From contig OY970399.1 in NCBI GenBank assembly GCA_963720545.1, positions 864,001 through 928,000 on the forward strand: 64,000 bases of DNA, written 5' to 3'. This document shows positions 19,624-31,806 of this stretch, piece after piece (position 1 is the first letter of the stretch; each line of letters starts with the position of its first letter). This DNA is from an uncultured Acidobacteriota bacterium (lineage in GTDB: Bacteria; Acidobacteriota; Vicinamibacteria; Fen-336). The position numbers and the translations under genes are program-made. Under the pieces are notes generated by a model, which saw only the letters and a program-made list of their open reading frames with translations, was not told the DNA's origin and ran no database searches.

Positions 19624-22322
19624 CGCGCGGAGGGTTGCGGCGGACGGCGCCACTCGTCGATGAGGTTTGCGACCAGCGCGGTCCAGCCCGTCTGGTGCGA
19701 CGCGCCGAGTCCCTGGCCGGTCTCGCCGTGGAAGAACTCGTAGAACAGGATCAGGTCGCGCCAGTGCGGGTCGTCCTGGAATTTCGCGATCCCGCCGTAC
19801 ACCGGCCGCCGGCCGCTGCCGTCGCGCGTGAACAGGCCGATCATGCGGTTGGCGAGGTCGCCGGCGAGGTCGCGCACCGGACGCGGGTCGCCTTCGGTGC
19901 CGAGCGTCGGCACCAGCAGCGAGTCCTGGAAAGCCACGCCGATCTTGCGCAGCGACTCGACCATGAGGAACGCGGTCGGGAACCAGATCGGCCCGCGCCA
20001 GTTCGAGTTGCCGCCCTTGATCTTGGTCTCGGATTCGGCCGGCTCGTAGCGCAGCGTGCGGCCGCCCCACTCGAACGGATTGTCGAGGTGGTACCGCGAC
20101 AGGCTGCGCATGCCGTACGGGGCCATGAACTCGCGCGGGTCGAAGACGCGCTCCAGCAGCCGCCGCATCTGCGCGGGATCGACGATCGCGAGCACGTGCA
20201 CGGTGTCCTCGCCGCGGTGGATCGTGTAGCAGACGTTCTGCACGATGTTCTGCTTGTTGGTCACCACCCACTCGAGGTTGCGCTGGAAGCCGGTGAAGCG
20301 CTTCGACCAGCGGTCTTCCAGCCGTTCGATCGCGTACAGCGGGATGAGCCCCACCAGCGAGCGCACCCGGAACTTTTCGAAACGGCCGTCGGGATGGCGC
20401 AGCACGTCGTAGAAGAAGCCGTCGTCCTCGTCCCACAGCTGGTAGTCCGCGCCGCCCGCCTTCTTCATGGCCGCGGCAATGTAGAGGTAGTGCTGGAAGA
20501 ACTTGGTGGCAAGGCCCTCGTACACCGGGTTCTGGCGCGCCAGCTCCAGGGCGATGCGCATCAGGTTAAGCGAGAACATCGCCATCCACCCCGAGGCGTC
20601 CGACTGCTCCAGCACCACGCCGTCCGGCAGGTGCTCGCTGCGGTCCACGAGCGCGATGTTGTCGAGGCCGAGAAAGCCGCCCTCGAAGATGTTGTTGCCC
20701 TCGGCGTCCACCTTGTTCACCCACCAGGCGAAGTTGATGAGCAGCTTGTGGAAGCACGACTCCAGGAACGCGCGGTCGCCGGCGCCGGTGCGTGTGCGCT
20801 CCATGTTGTAGACGCGAAACACCGCCCACGCGTGCACCGGCGGGTTGAGGTCGGAGAACTCCCACTCGCAAGCGGGGATCTGCCCCGACGGATGCTGGAA
20901 CTGCTCGAACAGCAGGTACCAGAGCTGCTCCTTGGCGAACGCCGGGTCGATGAGCGCGAACGCAACCGACTGGAACGCCTGGTCCCACGCGGCGAACCAC
21001 GGGTATTCCCACGAGTCGGGCATCGAGAGGATGCGCCGCGAGTTGAGGTGCTTCCAGCGCGAGTTGCGGCCGTTCTTGCGCTCCTCGGGCGGCGGCGCCT
21101 GAGGGTCGTCGCCCTCCAGCCACTTGTTGACGTCGTACATGTAGAGCTGCTTGTTCCACAGCAGCCCGGCGAGCGCCTGGCGCTGCACCAGCTTCTCGTC
21201 GTCCGTCGCCTGCGGCGGATGCAGCGCTCGATAGAACTCGTCGGCCTCCCGCTTGCGGGTGGCGATCAGGGCGTCCAGCGACTGCAGCGGCGCTGCGGTC
21301 GCGAGCGGCGCGAGGCGGATGCGAAACGACACCGACTCCCCCGGCGGCACCATGGCTTGATAATGAACCGCGGCCTTCGTGCCGAACTGTTCGGGGTTTA
21401 CTGCGCCCTGTTCGCCGTTGACGACCAGGCGGTGGAACGCGTCCTTGAAGAAGCGGCGGCCTTCAGTGTGGCGCGCGCCGGGGACTCGCGCCGGGTTCGA
21501 CTCGTTGTCGGTGAAGAGCGGCGTGCCGCCGGCATCGGCGTAGAAATAGCGGCGGCCGAGGCGGTAGGGCCGCGTCATCTCCGGTATCGGCGGGCCGTTG
21601 GTGTCGTCGAGGACGAAGCTCGTCGCCGCGGGGCTGGACGGTCCCAGCTCGATGCGCGGCTCACCGCTGCGCTCGGCGCCGAACGCCCAGGTGTTGCGAA
21701 ACCAGAGGTGCGGCAGCACGTGGATGGGCGCCGCTTCCGGGCCGCGGTTCCACACGGTCACCCTGGCGCCCAGGTCCTCGATGTCCCACTTCGCCCACTC
21801 GATGACGATGTCGAAGTAGCGGTCGTCGTCGAAGATGCCGGTGTCGATCAGCTCGAACTCCGGGCCCTGGCCCGAACGGCGCTGGTTTTCCTGCACCAGC
21901 CACGAGTACGGGTACTCTCGCTGAGGATACTTGTAGAGCATCTTCATGTAGGCGTGGCTCGGCAGGCCGTCCACGTGGAAGTAGTACTCCTTCACGTCCT
22001 CGCCGTGGTTGCCTTCGGACGGCACCACGCCGAAGAAGCGCTCCTTGAGGATGGGGTCGTGCCCGTTCCAGAACGCGAAGGCGAGGCACGCGACCTGGTA
22101 ACGGTCGCAGAAGCCGCCGATGCCGTCCTCGCCCCAGCGATAGGCGCGGCTGCGCGCCTGGTCGTGGGGGAAGAAGGACCACGCCGAGCCGTCGGCGCTG
22201 TAGTCCTCGCGCACGCTCGCCCACGCGCGGTCGGAGAGGTACGGGCCGAAGCGGCGCCACGATCCGACCTCGCCGTCCACTTCGCCGAGGCGCGCGCTCT
22301 CCGCGGTTTCAGCCGTGCTCAT
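19620..22322 (-). CDS. MGH1-like/GH63-like glucosidase
   Basis: Motifs [40 protein letters not shown] and [11 protein letters not shown]. Confidence 0.9.
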   Translation of the reverse strand: MSTAETAESARLGEVDGEVGSWRRFGPYLSDRAWASVREDYSADGSAWSFFPHDQARSRAYRWGEDGIGGFCDRYQVACLAFAFWNGHDPILKERFFGVVPSEGNHGEDVKEYYFHVDGLPSHAYMKMLYKYPQREYPYSWLVQENQRRSGQGPEFELIDTGIFDDDRYFDIVIEWAKWDIEDLGARVTVWNRGPEAAPIHVLPHLWFRNTWAFGAERSGEPRIELGPSSPAATSFVLDDTNGPPIPEMTRPYRLGRRYFYADAGGTPLFTDNESNPARVPGARHTEGRRFFKDAFHRLVVNGEQGAVNPEQFGTKAAVHYQAMVPPGESVSFRIRLAPLATAAPLQSLDALIATRKREADEFYRALHPPQATDDEKLVQRQALAGLLWNKQLYMYDVNKWLEGDDPQAPPPEERKNGRNSRWKHLNSRRILSMPDSWEYPWFAAWDQAFQSVAFALIDPAFAKEQLWYLLFEQFQHPSGQIPACEWEFSDLNPPVHAWAVFRVYNMERTRTGAGDRAFLESCFHKLLINFAWWVNKVDAEGNNIFEGGFLGLDNIALVDRSEHLPDGVVLEQSDASGWMAMFSLNLMRIALELARQNPVYEGLATKFFQHYLYIAAAMKKAGGADYQLWDEDDGFFYDVLRHPDGRFEKFRVRSLVGLIPLYAIERLEDRWSKRFTGFQRNLEWVVTNKQNIVQNVCYTIHRGEDTVHVLAIVDPAQMRRLLERVFDPREFMAPYGMRSLSRYHLDNPFEWGGRTLRYEPAESETKIKGGNSNWRGPIWFPTAFLMVESLRKIGVAFQDSLLVPTLGTEGDPRPVRDLAGDLANRMIGLFTRDGSGRRPVYGGIAKFQDDPHWRDLILFYEFFHGETGQGLGASHQTGWTALVANLIDEWRRPPQPSAR

Positions 22323-22879
22323 CAGTAAAAGCGTTCGATGCGGGCGCGGGTGCGCAGGTCATGCGTCAGCGTCTCCATGTCGGGCGACTGGCGCAGCAGC
22401 GCCTCGATCGTCTTCTGGATGCGCAGCTCGCTGCGATAGGCCGCCGGGTTCGTGCCCTGGTCGGCGAGAAACTGCGCCCATTCGGCGTCGCTGCCATGGC
22501 CGGCGCGCGCAGCATCGTAGGCGACGTTGAGGGCGCTCTCGTCGGCCGCGATGTTGCGACGCAGCGCTTCCTGCAGCAGCATCTCGCGGTCGACGAGGTG
22601 ATCGAGCGCGGCGCGCATGGCGCGCGGCCGTTCGGTGTTCTTGAAAGTGCCGCGGGCGATCAGCTCGCGCGCATAGAGTGCGACGTTCAGTGACGGCACG
22701 TCCTTGCCGTTGACGCGCGCCGCCACTGTCGGCAGTGGCGACGGCAGGGGCGCGCCGCTGTCCTGCGGCGAAGGCGTTGCTTCCGCGACCGCCGCTTCGC
22801 GCGCCTTGCCAGAACAGGCGCCGAGCAGGCACACTGTCGCGACGACGGCGAAAGGAGCGCGGGGCCTCGGCCACTTCAT
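22322..22879 (-). CDS. SurA N-terminal domain lipoprotein
   Basis: LGAC lipobox; [29 protein letters not shown]. Confidence 0.75.
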   Translation of the reverse strand: MKWPRPRAPFAVVATVCLLGACSGKAREAAVAEATPSPQDSGAPLPSPLPTVAARVNGKDVPSLNVALYARELIARGTFKNTERPRAMRAALDHLVDREMLLQEALRRNIAADESALNVAYDAARAGHGSDAEWAQFLADQGTNPAAYRSELRIQKTIEALLRQSPDMETLTHDLRTRARIERFY

Positions 22880-22893
22880 GGATGGAAGGTAGC

Positions 22894-24057
22894 ATGTTCT
22901 CCCATCGCACCCTTTGGGACCAGACGCCCAACCGCCTCGCCGCCCTCACCGCCGCGAAGCGCGCCGCGGGTGCAGCGCTCATCGACCTGACCGAATCGAA
23001 CCCGACCGCGGCCGGCCTCACCGCGGATGTTTCGATCCTGGCGCTCCTTGCCGCTCCAGCCGCGCTGCGCTACGAGCCCGATCCGCGCGGCCTGCCCGCG
23101 GCGCGCGCCGCCGTCGCGCGCGACTACCTGCGGCGCGGCGCGACGGTCGATGCCGGCCAGGTCCTGCTCACCGCGAGCAGCAGCGAGGCGTACTCGTTCC
23201 TGTTCAAGGCATTGTGCGATCCCGGCGACGAGGTGCTGGTGCCGCGCCCGGGCTATCCGCTCTTCGACTTTCTCGCCGGCCTCGAAAACGTGGTGCATCG
23301 GCCCTACACGCTCGTTCATGACGGCGAGTGGCACTTGAGCGCCGGCAGCCTCGCGGCAGAGATGACCGAGCGCACGCGCGCCGTGGTGGTGGTGAACCCC
23401 AACAACCCCACCGGATCGTTCCTGAAGAAGGACGAGACGCGCGACCTGCAGCAGCTGTGCGCGGCCCGCAACGTGGCGATCGTCGCCGACGAGGTGTTCG
23501 CCGACTTTGCGTGGCGGGAGGATCCCGCGCGCCAGGCGAGCCTGGCCGGCGCCGGCAATGCAGCGCTCACCTTCTCGCTCGGCGGCTTGTCGAAGTCATG
23601 CGGCCTGCCGCAGTTGAAGCTTGGCTGGATCGCCGTCAGCGGCCCACCCGCGCTGCGCGACGACGCGCTGGCGCGCCTGGAACTGGTTGCCGACACGTTC
23701 CTCTCGGTGGGCACGCCGGTGCAGCACGCCGCGAACAGTCTTCTGGCGCAGGCGCAGCGGCTGCAGGCGCCGATACGTGAGCGGGTCGCCGCCAACGCTG
23801 CCGTGCTGGTGGAAGCGGCCGCGCAGCGCAGCGACGTCTCGCTGTTGCACAGCGAGGGCGGTTGGTATGCGGTGCTGCGTGTGCCGGCGACGGAGCCCGA
23901 GGAAGAGCTGGTGCTGCGCCTGCTGCGCGACCACGACCTCCTCATCCACCCCGGCTATTTTTTCGACTTCCCGCAGGAGGCGTTCCTGGTGGCAAGCCTG
24001 TTGCCGCCAACCGGCACGTTCCGCGAAGGCTGCGCCCGACTCATCGCCGCAGTTTGA
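22894..24057 (+). CDS. PLP-dependent aminotransferase class I/II
   Basis: Motifs NPNNPTG, VADEVF and GGLSKSCGLPQLKLGW. Confidence 0.92.
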   Translation: MFSHRTLWDQTPNRLAALTAAKRAAGAALIDLTESNPTAAGLTADVSILALLAAPAALRYEPDPRGLPAARAAVARDYLRRGATVDAGQVLLTASSSEAYSFLFKALCDPGDEVLVPRPGYPLFDFLAGLENVVHRPYTLVHDGEWHLSAGSLAAEMTERTRAVVVVNPNNPTGSFLKKDETRDLQQLCAARNVAIVADEVFADFAWREDPARQASLAGAGNAALTFSLGGLSKSCGLPQLKLGWIAVSGPPALRDDALARLELVADTFLSVGTPVQHAANSLLAQAQRLQAPIRERVAANAAVLVEAAAQRSDVSLLHSEGGWYAVLRVPATEPEEELVLRLLRDHDLLIHPGYFFDFPQEAFLVASLLPPTGTFREGCARLIAAV

Positions 24058-24076
24058 GTTGCAGTAAGGTGGCTGC

Positions 24077-24457
24077 ATGACTGTTCGCCGCGTGTCGCCG
24101 CAGGAAGCGCTGTCCCTCATGACCACGGACGGATACGCCTACGTGGACGTGCGCTCGGTGCCGGAATTCGAGGCCGGCCATCCGCAAGGCGCCGTCAACA
24201 TTCCGCTCGCCAACATGGTGCCTGGCGGCATGGTGCCGAACCCGGCGTTCCTTCCCGACATCCAGAAGCAGTACGCGAAGGACGCGAAGCTCGTGATCGG
24301 CTGCCAGTCCGGCGGCCGCTCGCTGCAGGCGGCGCAGATCCTGATGGCCGCGGGATTCATCGATGTGGTCGAGCAGCGCGCCGGCTTCGGCGGCACGCCG
24401 TTCGAGCCCGGCTGGCGCCAGCTCGGCCTGCCGCTCGCGCGCGGCGGTGCCTCGTGA
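24077..24457 (+). CDS. Rhodanese-like domain protein
   Basis: Motifs DVRSVPEFEAGHPQGAVNIP and CQSGGRS. Confidence 0.9.
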   Translation: MTVRRVSPQEALSLMTTDGYAYVDVRSVPEFEAGHPQGAVNIPLANMVPGGMVPNPAFLPDIQKQYAKDAKLVIGCQSGGRSLQAAQILMAAGFIDVVEQRAGFGGTPFEPGWRQLGLPLARGGAS

Positions 24458-25161
24458 ACGACGCGGCCTCGCGCGGGTACCTGGTCACCGGCGGCACCGG
24501 CGCCCTCGGCCGCGCCGTGGTCGAGCGGCTGGTGGCGGGCGGCCATCGCGTCGCGGTGCCCTATCGCGACGAACCGTCTTTTGCCGCGCTCGGCATCGAC
24601 AACGGCAAGGGGCTCTTGTGGAGCGCCAAGGCGCACCTCGTCGACTATGAAGACACGCGCGCCTTCGTGGACGAAGCGGTGCGCCACCTGGGCAGCCTCG
24701 ACGGCGTCGCCGCAATCGCCGGCGGCTTCACTGCGTCGGGGAATTTCGAAGCGGCACCGGCGTCGGAATGGGGCGCGATGTTCGACGTCAACCTGACGAC
24801 CGTGTACAACACCTGCCGCGCCGCGCTGCCGCACCTGCTGAAAGGCGGCGGCAGTGTCGTCACGGTCGGCTCGAAGAGCGCCGAGACGGCCGGCGCGGGC
24901 GCCGCGGCGTATTCGGTTGCGAAGGTGGCGGTCTCGGCGCTGACCCGCGTCCTGGCACTCGAAAATCGCGCGCGCGGCGTGCGCTTCAACTGCATCCTGC
25001 CTGGCACCATCGATACCGCCGCCAATCGCGCAGCCATGCCGAAGGCGGACCATGCCAAGTGGACGAGCCCGGAAGCCATCGCTTCGGTGATCGTGTTCCT
25101 GCTGTCGGACGCGTCGGCGCCCACCACCGGCGGCGTGATCCCGGTGGACGGAAGAACGTAG
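24454..25161 (+). CDS. SDR family oxidoreductase
   Basis: Motifs TGGTGALG, YSVAK and PGTIDT. Confidence 0.92.
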   Translation: MNDAASRGYLVTGGTGALGRAVVERLVAGGHRVAVPYRDEPSFAALGIDNGKGLLWSAKAHLVDYEDTRAFVDEAVRHLGSLDGVAAIAGGFTASGNFEAAPASEWGAMFDVNLTTVYNTCRAALPHLLKGGGSVVTVGSKSAETAGAGAAAYSVAKVAVSALTRVLALENRARGVRFNCILPGTIDTAANRAAMPKADHAKWTSPEAIASVIVFLLSDASAPTTGGVIPVDGRT

Positions 25162-25165
25162 GCCG

Positions 25166-25465
25166 CTAACCGCGGATCGTGCGCAGCATGACGATCAGGG
25201 TGGCGAGGAACAGGAGCAGGGCGCCGAGCATCAGAATCGCCAGCCCGCGCATGCGCTTCGGGTCGATGGCCGGCGTTTTCTTCTGGTTCGGCCATTCGCG
25301 CGCGGCTTCCTGCTGCAGGTAGCGCGTCTGGCAGCGGGCGCACGCGGCCAGGTGAGTCGTGATCTCCGACGGTGCTAGACCCGGCAGGGCGCCCGAAAGC
25401 ACGCGCAGTCCGGTGTCGTTCACGCAACCCGAGCCGTCGAGGTAGGCAGACACGGCCGCTGTCAC
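25166..25465 (-). CDS. Small membrane protein with zf-HC2-like HxxxCxxC motif
   Basis: HLAACARC plus a C-terminal TM helix; overlaps the upstream stop (GTGA). Confidence 0.6.
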   Translation of the reverse strand: MTAAVSAYLDGSGCVNDTGLRVLSGALPGLAPSEITTHLAACARCQTRYLQQEAAREWPNQKKTPAIDPKRMRGLAILMLGALLLFLATLIVMLRTIRG

Positions 25466-26232
25466 TGGTGCGTCCTCGGCACGGAGCCGCGCGGCATCGC
25501 CTCGGCGCGCAGCAGGTCACGGTCGGCGGCCTTGCGCGCGGGTCGCGGCACGTTGACGCCGCTGCGCGCGAGTGCCACGAACAGGCTCTCGGGCGGATCG
25601 ACCCGCCGCCGATACGCCTCACCCGACTCGTCCACGTAATAGGGGCACGCATCGGTGTCGCAGCTGTCGTCCACGTACGCCGGGCGCGCATCGAGATCCT
25701 TGTGGCCCATCACGCGTTCCGGACCCAAACGCCCCTCGGACATCGCGAACATGGTGCGCAGCAGCCACGCCAGCGCGCGCACCTGCACGTCCGGGAACGG
25801 CTCGTCGCTGCGGCCGGAATGGGCCACCTCGATGCCGACGCTGTCGGCGTTGTAGCCGGCGACATGGCCGTAGACCGGAGCCGCCTCGGCCGCTATGCGC
25901 CGCTGGTCCACGGCGCTCGCGGCACGCGACACATCGGGAAGCCACGACGGGTGCCTGGCGTCGCGCGGATGGCGCGGCCACAGCGAACCGTCGGTCCACA
26001 AGATCCACTGCGCGCCGAAGCGGCTGCTCCACAGCGCCTGCGTCTGCCGCGGCGAGAGGAAACGGAAGCGCCGCTCGGGCTTGTCGTAGTCGGGGCCGCC
26101 GGGCGTGTGCAGCACCACGCGCGTGACCCGCTGCGGCAGCGTGGCAGCGCGCGGCGCGGCGGCTGCGCCGCACGGCGCGCGCAGCGCCAGGAACGCGGCG
26201 AGCGAGACGCGGAGCGCAGCCTTCGCCTTCAT
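25462..26232 (-). CDS. N-acetylmuramoyl-L-alanine amidase (Amidase_2/PGRP-like)
   Basis: Signal peptide; motifs VVLHT, HVAGYNADSVGIE, MGHKDL and DP. Confidence 0.75.
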   Translation of the reverse strand: MKAKAALRVSLAAFLALRAPCGAAAAPRAATLPQRVTRVVLHTPGGPDYDKPERRFRFLSPRQTQALWSSRFGAQWILWTDGSLWPRHPRDARHPSWLPDVSRAASAVDQRRIAAEAAPVYGHVAGYNADSVGIEVAHSGRSDEPFPDVQVRALAWLLRTMFAMSEGRLGPERVMGHKDLDARPAYVDDSCDTDACPYYVDESGEAYRRRVDPPESLFVALARSGVNVPRPARKAADRDLLRAEAMPRGSVPRTHQ

Positions 26233-26257
26233 GAGCGCAGCTTATAATGCTGCCCGA

Positions 26258-26732
26258 ATGAGCTTCGAGCCCAGCGCCAATCGACTGTGGAAGCGCCTGC
26301 CGCCGCCCGATCGTCTGGCCGCCGCGCAGGCATTTTTCGCCGAACCGCCGACCGAGCTGCTCGGCACGGCGCTTGGCGCCATCGTGCAATCGCGCCACCT
26401 GCGCCCGCAGGTCGCGCGCGCGCTGGGCAAGGACGAGAGTGCCCGCATCCTCGCCACCGTGCTCGACGTCGGCGAGTCGCTCGCATCGGCGCTGCTCGTG
26501 TGCCTGCACCTCGGCGAGCGGCGCGCGCTGCTCGTCACCTTCCTGGATGCGCTCGGCCTGCCGCACGAGGAGGGAATGCTGAAGGAGGAGGCCGAAGCGA
26601 TCGAGATCGACGACGCAAAGGTCGCGAAGGGCGTCGATGCGCTGCTCGCGGCGCACCCGAAGGACCAGGTGCGCGTCTATCTCAACACCTTGTGGCAGCA
26701 GGACCCCGAGCACTGGACGGCGCTCGAGAAGA

Positions 26733-26758
<26 letters not shown>
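26258..26758 (+). CDS. Hypothetical protein
   Basis: Coding-like ORF ([18 protein letters not shown]) preceded by TATAAT. Confidence 0.7.
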
Positions 26759-28982
<2,224 letters not shown>

Positions 28983-29032
28983 AGCGCCGCGATTGCTTAC
29001 CCCCTGAGTTCTCACTAGGCTCGGATACCTGC

Positions 29033-29791
29033 ATGAGTTCCCGGCGCCGCCTTCCTGTGCTGCTCCTGCTGGCGGCGGCGCTGTTCGCGGCCGGCGGCTG
29101 CCGCAAGACGCCCGTGAGTCCGCGCAAGAGCGCCGAACAGGCGATTCTCGAGCGGCGCAAGGCGGGCCTGCAGGCGCTCCTCGAGCAAGCGCGCCGCGGC
29201 CCGCTGCCGTTCAACCAGGTGCTGGTGGCGATCGACCAGAGCCTGGTGCAGCAGCTCATCACCTCGGCGCTGCCGTTCAAGCGCGTCGTGAACAACGAGT
29301 ACCAGGTGACGATCGAAACCGTCACCGTCAACTTCGACGACGCGTTCGCGCTCATCAAGCTCGGCGGCCGTGTCGCGATGGTGTCGCGGCCCGACACCAC
29401 GTTCGCCGACGTCGCGGTCTACGGTGCCCTCGACATCGTCGAACTCGACCCGGTGTCGGGGGTGTTGCGCGGCCAGGTCAAGGTGGTGGGCCTGGACGCG
29501 GCCAAAGTGTCGGTGCTGGGCGTCGTCACCAAGACCGCCGAGAACCTGCTGGAAGAGTTTGCCGGCGACAAGGTCGAGGAGCTGGGCACGCTCTTTTCCA
29601 AGCTCGAGATCCCGGTGAAGCTCGAGAAGGAGATCGTGATCCCGGGCTTCGGGCCCGACGGGCCGGTGCAGATCAAGGAAGCGCGCATCCAGATGAGCGG
29701 CGCCGTCACCGACGTCACCGCTTACCGCAACCGCCTGTACGTCAGCATCGGCGTCACCATCTGCAACGGCGGCGACGGGCACCTGAAGTGA
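29033..29791 (+). CDS. Hypothetical lipoprotein
   Basis: Lipobox AGGC, strong coding-type codon bias, beta-rich body. Confidence 0.75.
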   Translation: MSSRRRLPVLLLLAAALFAAGGCRKTPVSPRKSAEQAILERRKAGLQALLEQARRGPLPFNQVLVAIDQSLVQQLITSALPFKRVVNNEYQVTIETVTVNFDDAFALIKLGGRVAMVSRPDTTFADVAVYGALDIVELDPVSGVLRGQVKVVGLDAAKVSVLGVVTKTAENLLEEFAGDKVEELGTLFSKLEIPVKLEKEIVIPGFGPDGPVQIKEARIQMSGAVTDVTAYRNRLYVSIGVTICNGGDGHLK

Positions 29792-30840
29792 AACGACTCG
29801 CACGCCTCGCCGCGATCGTAGTCGCCGCCGCCGCGGTGTCGGGGTCAACGTGTCGCCGCAACGAGCCGGTGGTGCAGGACCAGCGCATCGACGCGTTGCG
29901 CGCCGAGAACGACAAGCTGCGCGAGCAGGTGAACGCTCTGATGGCGAAGGACCCGATCGTGACCAGGCTCAGCCAGATCGTCGAGCCGGTGATCCTGGCC
30001 ATCCGGCCGAAGATGGTGGAGCGCGTGATCAACGAGGTGACCTTCCACTACCTCGACGAGGTGCTGCTGGACCTCGAGCCCAATATCCACGTGAACTACA
30101 CGCGCGAGATCACGCGCAAGACCCTCATCGGCAAGGTCAAGGCCGGCACCCTGACCGTCAATATCGACGTGCGCGCCATCAAGGGGCGCATGACCTCGAG
30201 AGAACCGCGCGTGGCCTTCGCCGGCGGCAACCGCGTCGACCTCGCCATACCCGTGCGCGTCGACCGCGGCGAGGGGCTCGCCGACTTCTTCTTCAGTTGG
30301 GACTCCGCGGGCCTCGCGAACCTGTTGTGCAAGGACTTCCAGTTCACCGACAAGCTGAAGGGCACGATCGTCACCGCCGACTACCCCCTGCGCGCCGGCT
30401 ACGTGTTGTCGGCCACCGCCAAGACCATCGCCGCGACACCGGTGTTCCCGCCGCAGAAGTTCCGCCTGCGCCTCGACCTCACGCCCGAGTCGTGGACGCG
30501 CGTGCAGCGCGCCTTCGAGGACCAGGACTCGTTCGGCAAGTGCGGCGTCGCGATCGATCCGCAAAAGGCCATGGAACGCCTGAAGGAGATCGGCCAGCGC
30601 GGCTTCGACGTGAAGCTGCCGAAGTCGCTGATCCGCGGCATCGACCTGCCGGCGAGCGTCGAGCAGCAGGTCAACGTCGACGACAACATCGTGGCGCTGA
30701 CGGTGAAGCCGGGCGTCCTCAGCCTCGACAAGGACACCCTGATCTTCAGCTCGGCGGTCACCACCTCGGTCGCGGCAATGGCTATCGACCCACTACAATC
30801 GAAGAAGAAGCGCACAACCAGGCAGAAGGAGTTGAAATGA
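29788..30840 (+). CDS. Hypothetical exported (lipo)protein
   Basis: Signal peptide ending GSTC, coiled coil, beta-rich body; stop/start overlaps on both sides. Confidence 0.75.
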   Translation: MKRLARLAAIVVAAAAVSGSTCRRNEPVVQDQRIDALRAENDKLREQVNALMAKDPIVTRLSQIVEPVILAIRPKMVERVINEVTFHYLDEVLLDLEPNIHVNYTREITRKTLIGKVKAGTLTVNIDVRAIKGRMTSREPRVAFAGGNRVDLAIPVRVDRGEGLADFFFSWDSAGLANLLCKDFQFTDKLKGTIVTADYPLRAGYVLSATAKTIAATPVFPPQKFRLRLDLTPESWTRVQRAFEDQDSFGKCGVAIDPQKAMERLKEIGQRGFDVKLPKSLIRGIDLPASVEQQVNVDDNIVALTVKPGVLSLDKDTLIFSSAVTTSVAAMAIDPLQSKKKRTTRQKELK

Positions 30841-31259
30841 CTGTTCGCACGTCGGAAGCCGAGTGGAAGGGCACCCTCAAGGAGGGCGCCGGCATCATGC
30901 GCCTCGGCAGTGGCGCCTTCGAGGGCGCGTACTCGTTCCCGTCGCGGTTCGAAAGCGGCAAGGGCACGAACCCGGAAGAACTGATCGCCGCCGCGCACGC
31001 GGGCTGCTTCTCGATGGCGCTCTCCGCGGGTCTCGGTCGCGCGGGCTTCACACCCACCCGCATCCACACCGTGGCGAAGGTGCACCTCGGCGCCACCGAA
31101 GCCGGCCCCACGATCACGAAGATCGAACTGGTCGTCGAGGGCGAAGTCCCCGGCCTCGACGCCGACGGCTTCAAGACCCACGCCGAAGCCGCGAAGAAAG
31201 GTTGCGTCGTCTCCCGCGCCCTGGCCGGAGTCCCCGAAATCACCCTGACGGTGGCTTGA
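30837..31259 (+). CDS. osmC: OsmC family peroxiredoxin
   Basis: Motifs GTNPEELIAAAHAGCFSMAL and AKKGCVVSRAL; AAGGAG RBS. Confidence 0.93.
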   Translation: MTVRTSEAEWKGTLKEGAGIMRLGSGAFEGAYSFPSRFESGKGTNPEELIAAAHAGCFSMALSAGLGRAGFTPTRIHTVAKVHLGATEAGPTITKIELVVEGEVPGLDADGFKTHAEAAKKGCVVSRALAGVPEITLTVA

Positions 31260-31260
31260 G

Positions 31261-31354
31261 CCCGTTCTCCCGAGCGCTTCCGACGCTTGCGCTGGCGCGA
31301 GGGATCTCCCCGTTTTCCTGAGCGCCCCGGGTCGTTCCCGGGCGCGAAGGATCT
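31261..31354. repeat. Two imperfect tandem REP-like units (CC-GAGCG...GCGA(A/G)GGATCT)
   Basis: 31261-31307 and 31309-31354 share ends ccgtt(c/t)tcc(c/t)gagcgc and ggcgcga(g/a)ggatct; the second unit forms an internal hairpin. They lie between convergent genes. Confidence 0.6.
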
Positions 31355-31362
31355 GCCGTTCG

Positions 31363-31749
31363 CTACCGCGTGGTAAACGGCTTCTCCACCGCGTTGACCT
31401 TCAGCAAATAGCTGCCCGCCGGAAACGCACCATCGAGCTTGATGGTCGCGTCATAAAGCTTCGCGATCTGCGTGCAGATGGCGTCGGTGGGCCGTTTGCG
31501 GGTGATGGTCACGGTCACTGTGTTGCCTTCGCGCCTCTGCTCGACGCCATTGAGCTCCGAGCAGCCATCGCCAAGGATTCCTGTAACGTGCGCCGACACC
31601 TGCGGCGGCGCGCTCTCCAGCACCAGGACGTCCACCGAGTCGATGGTGATGGAGTCGATGCTGATGCCGCTGGGCGCACTTGGATTGTCGTAGCAGCCCA
31701 CGGCAAACAGCGCGCAGGCGGAGAGAGCGGCAAGCTGGCGGAGCCTCAT
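31363..31749 (-). CDS. Hypothetical lipoprotein
   Basis: AVGC lipobox; LESAPPQV, DGCS and ICTQIA (paired Cys). Confidence 0.72.
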   Translation of the reverse strand: MRLRQLAALSACALFAVGCYDNPSAPSGISIDSITIDSVDVLVLESAPPQVSAHVTGILGDGCSELNGVEQRREGNTVTVTITRKRPTDAICTQIAKLYDATIKLDGAFPAGSYLLKVNAVEKPFTTR

Positions 31750-31806
31750 GAATCCATCTTGCCGCAAGAGCGGGCGCTCGCAAAGGGCGCGACGCTCTTT
31801 GACGAT

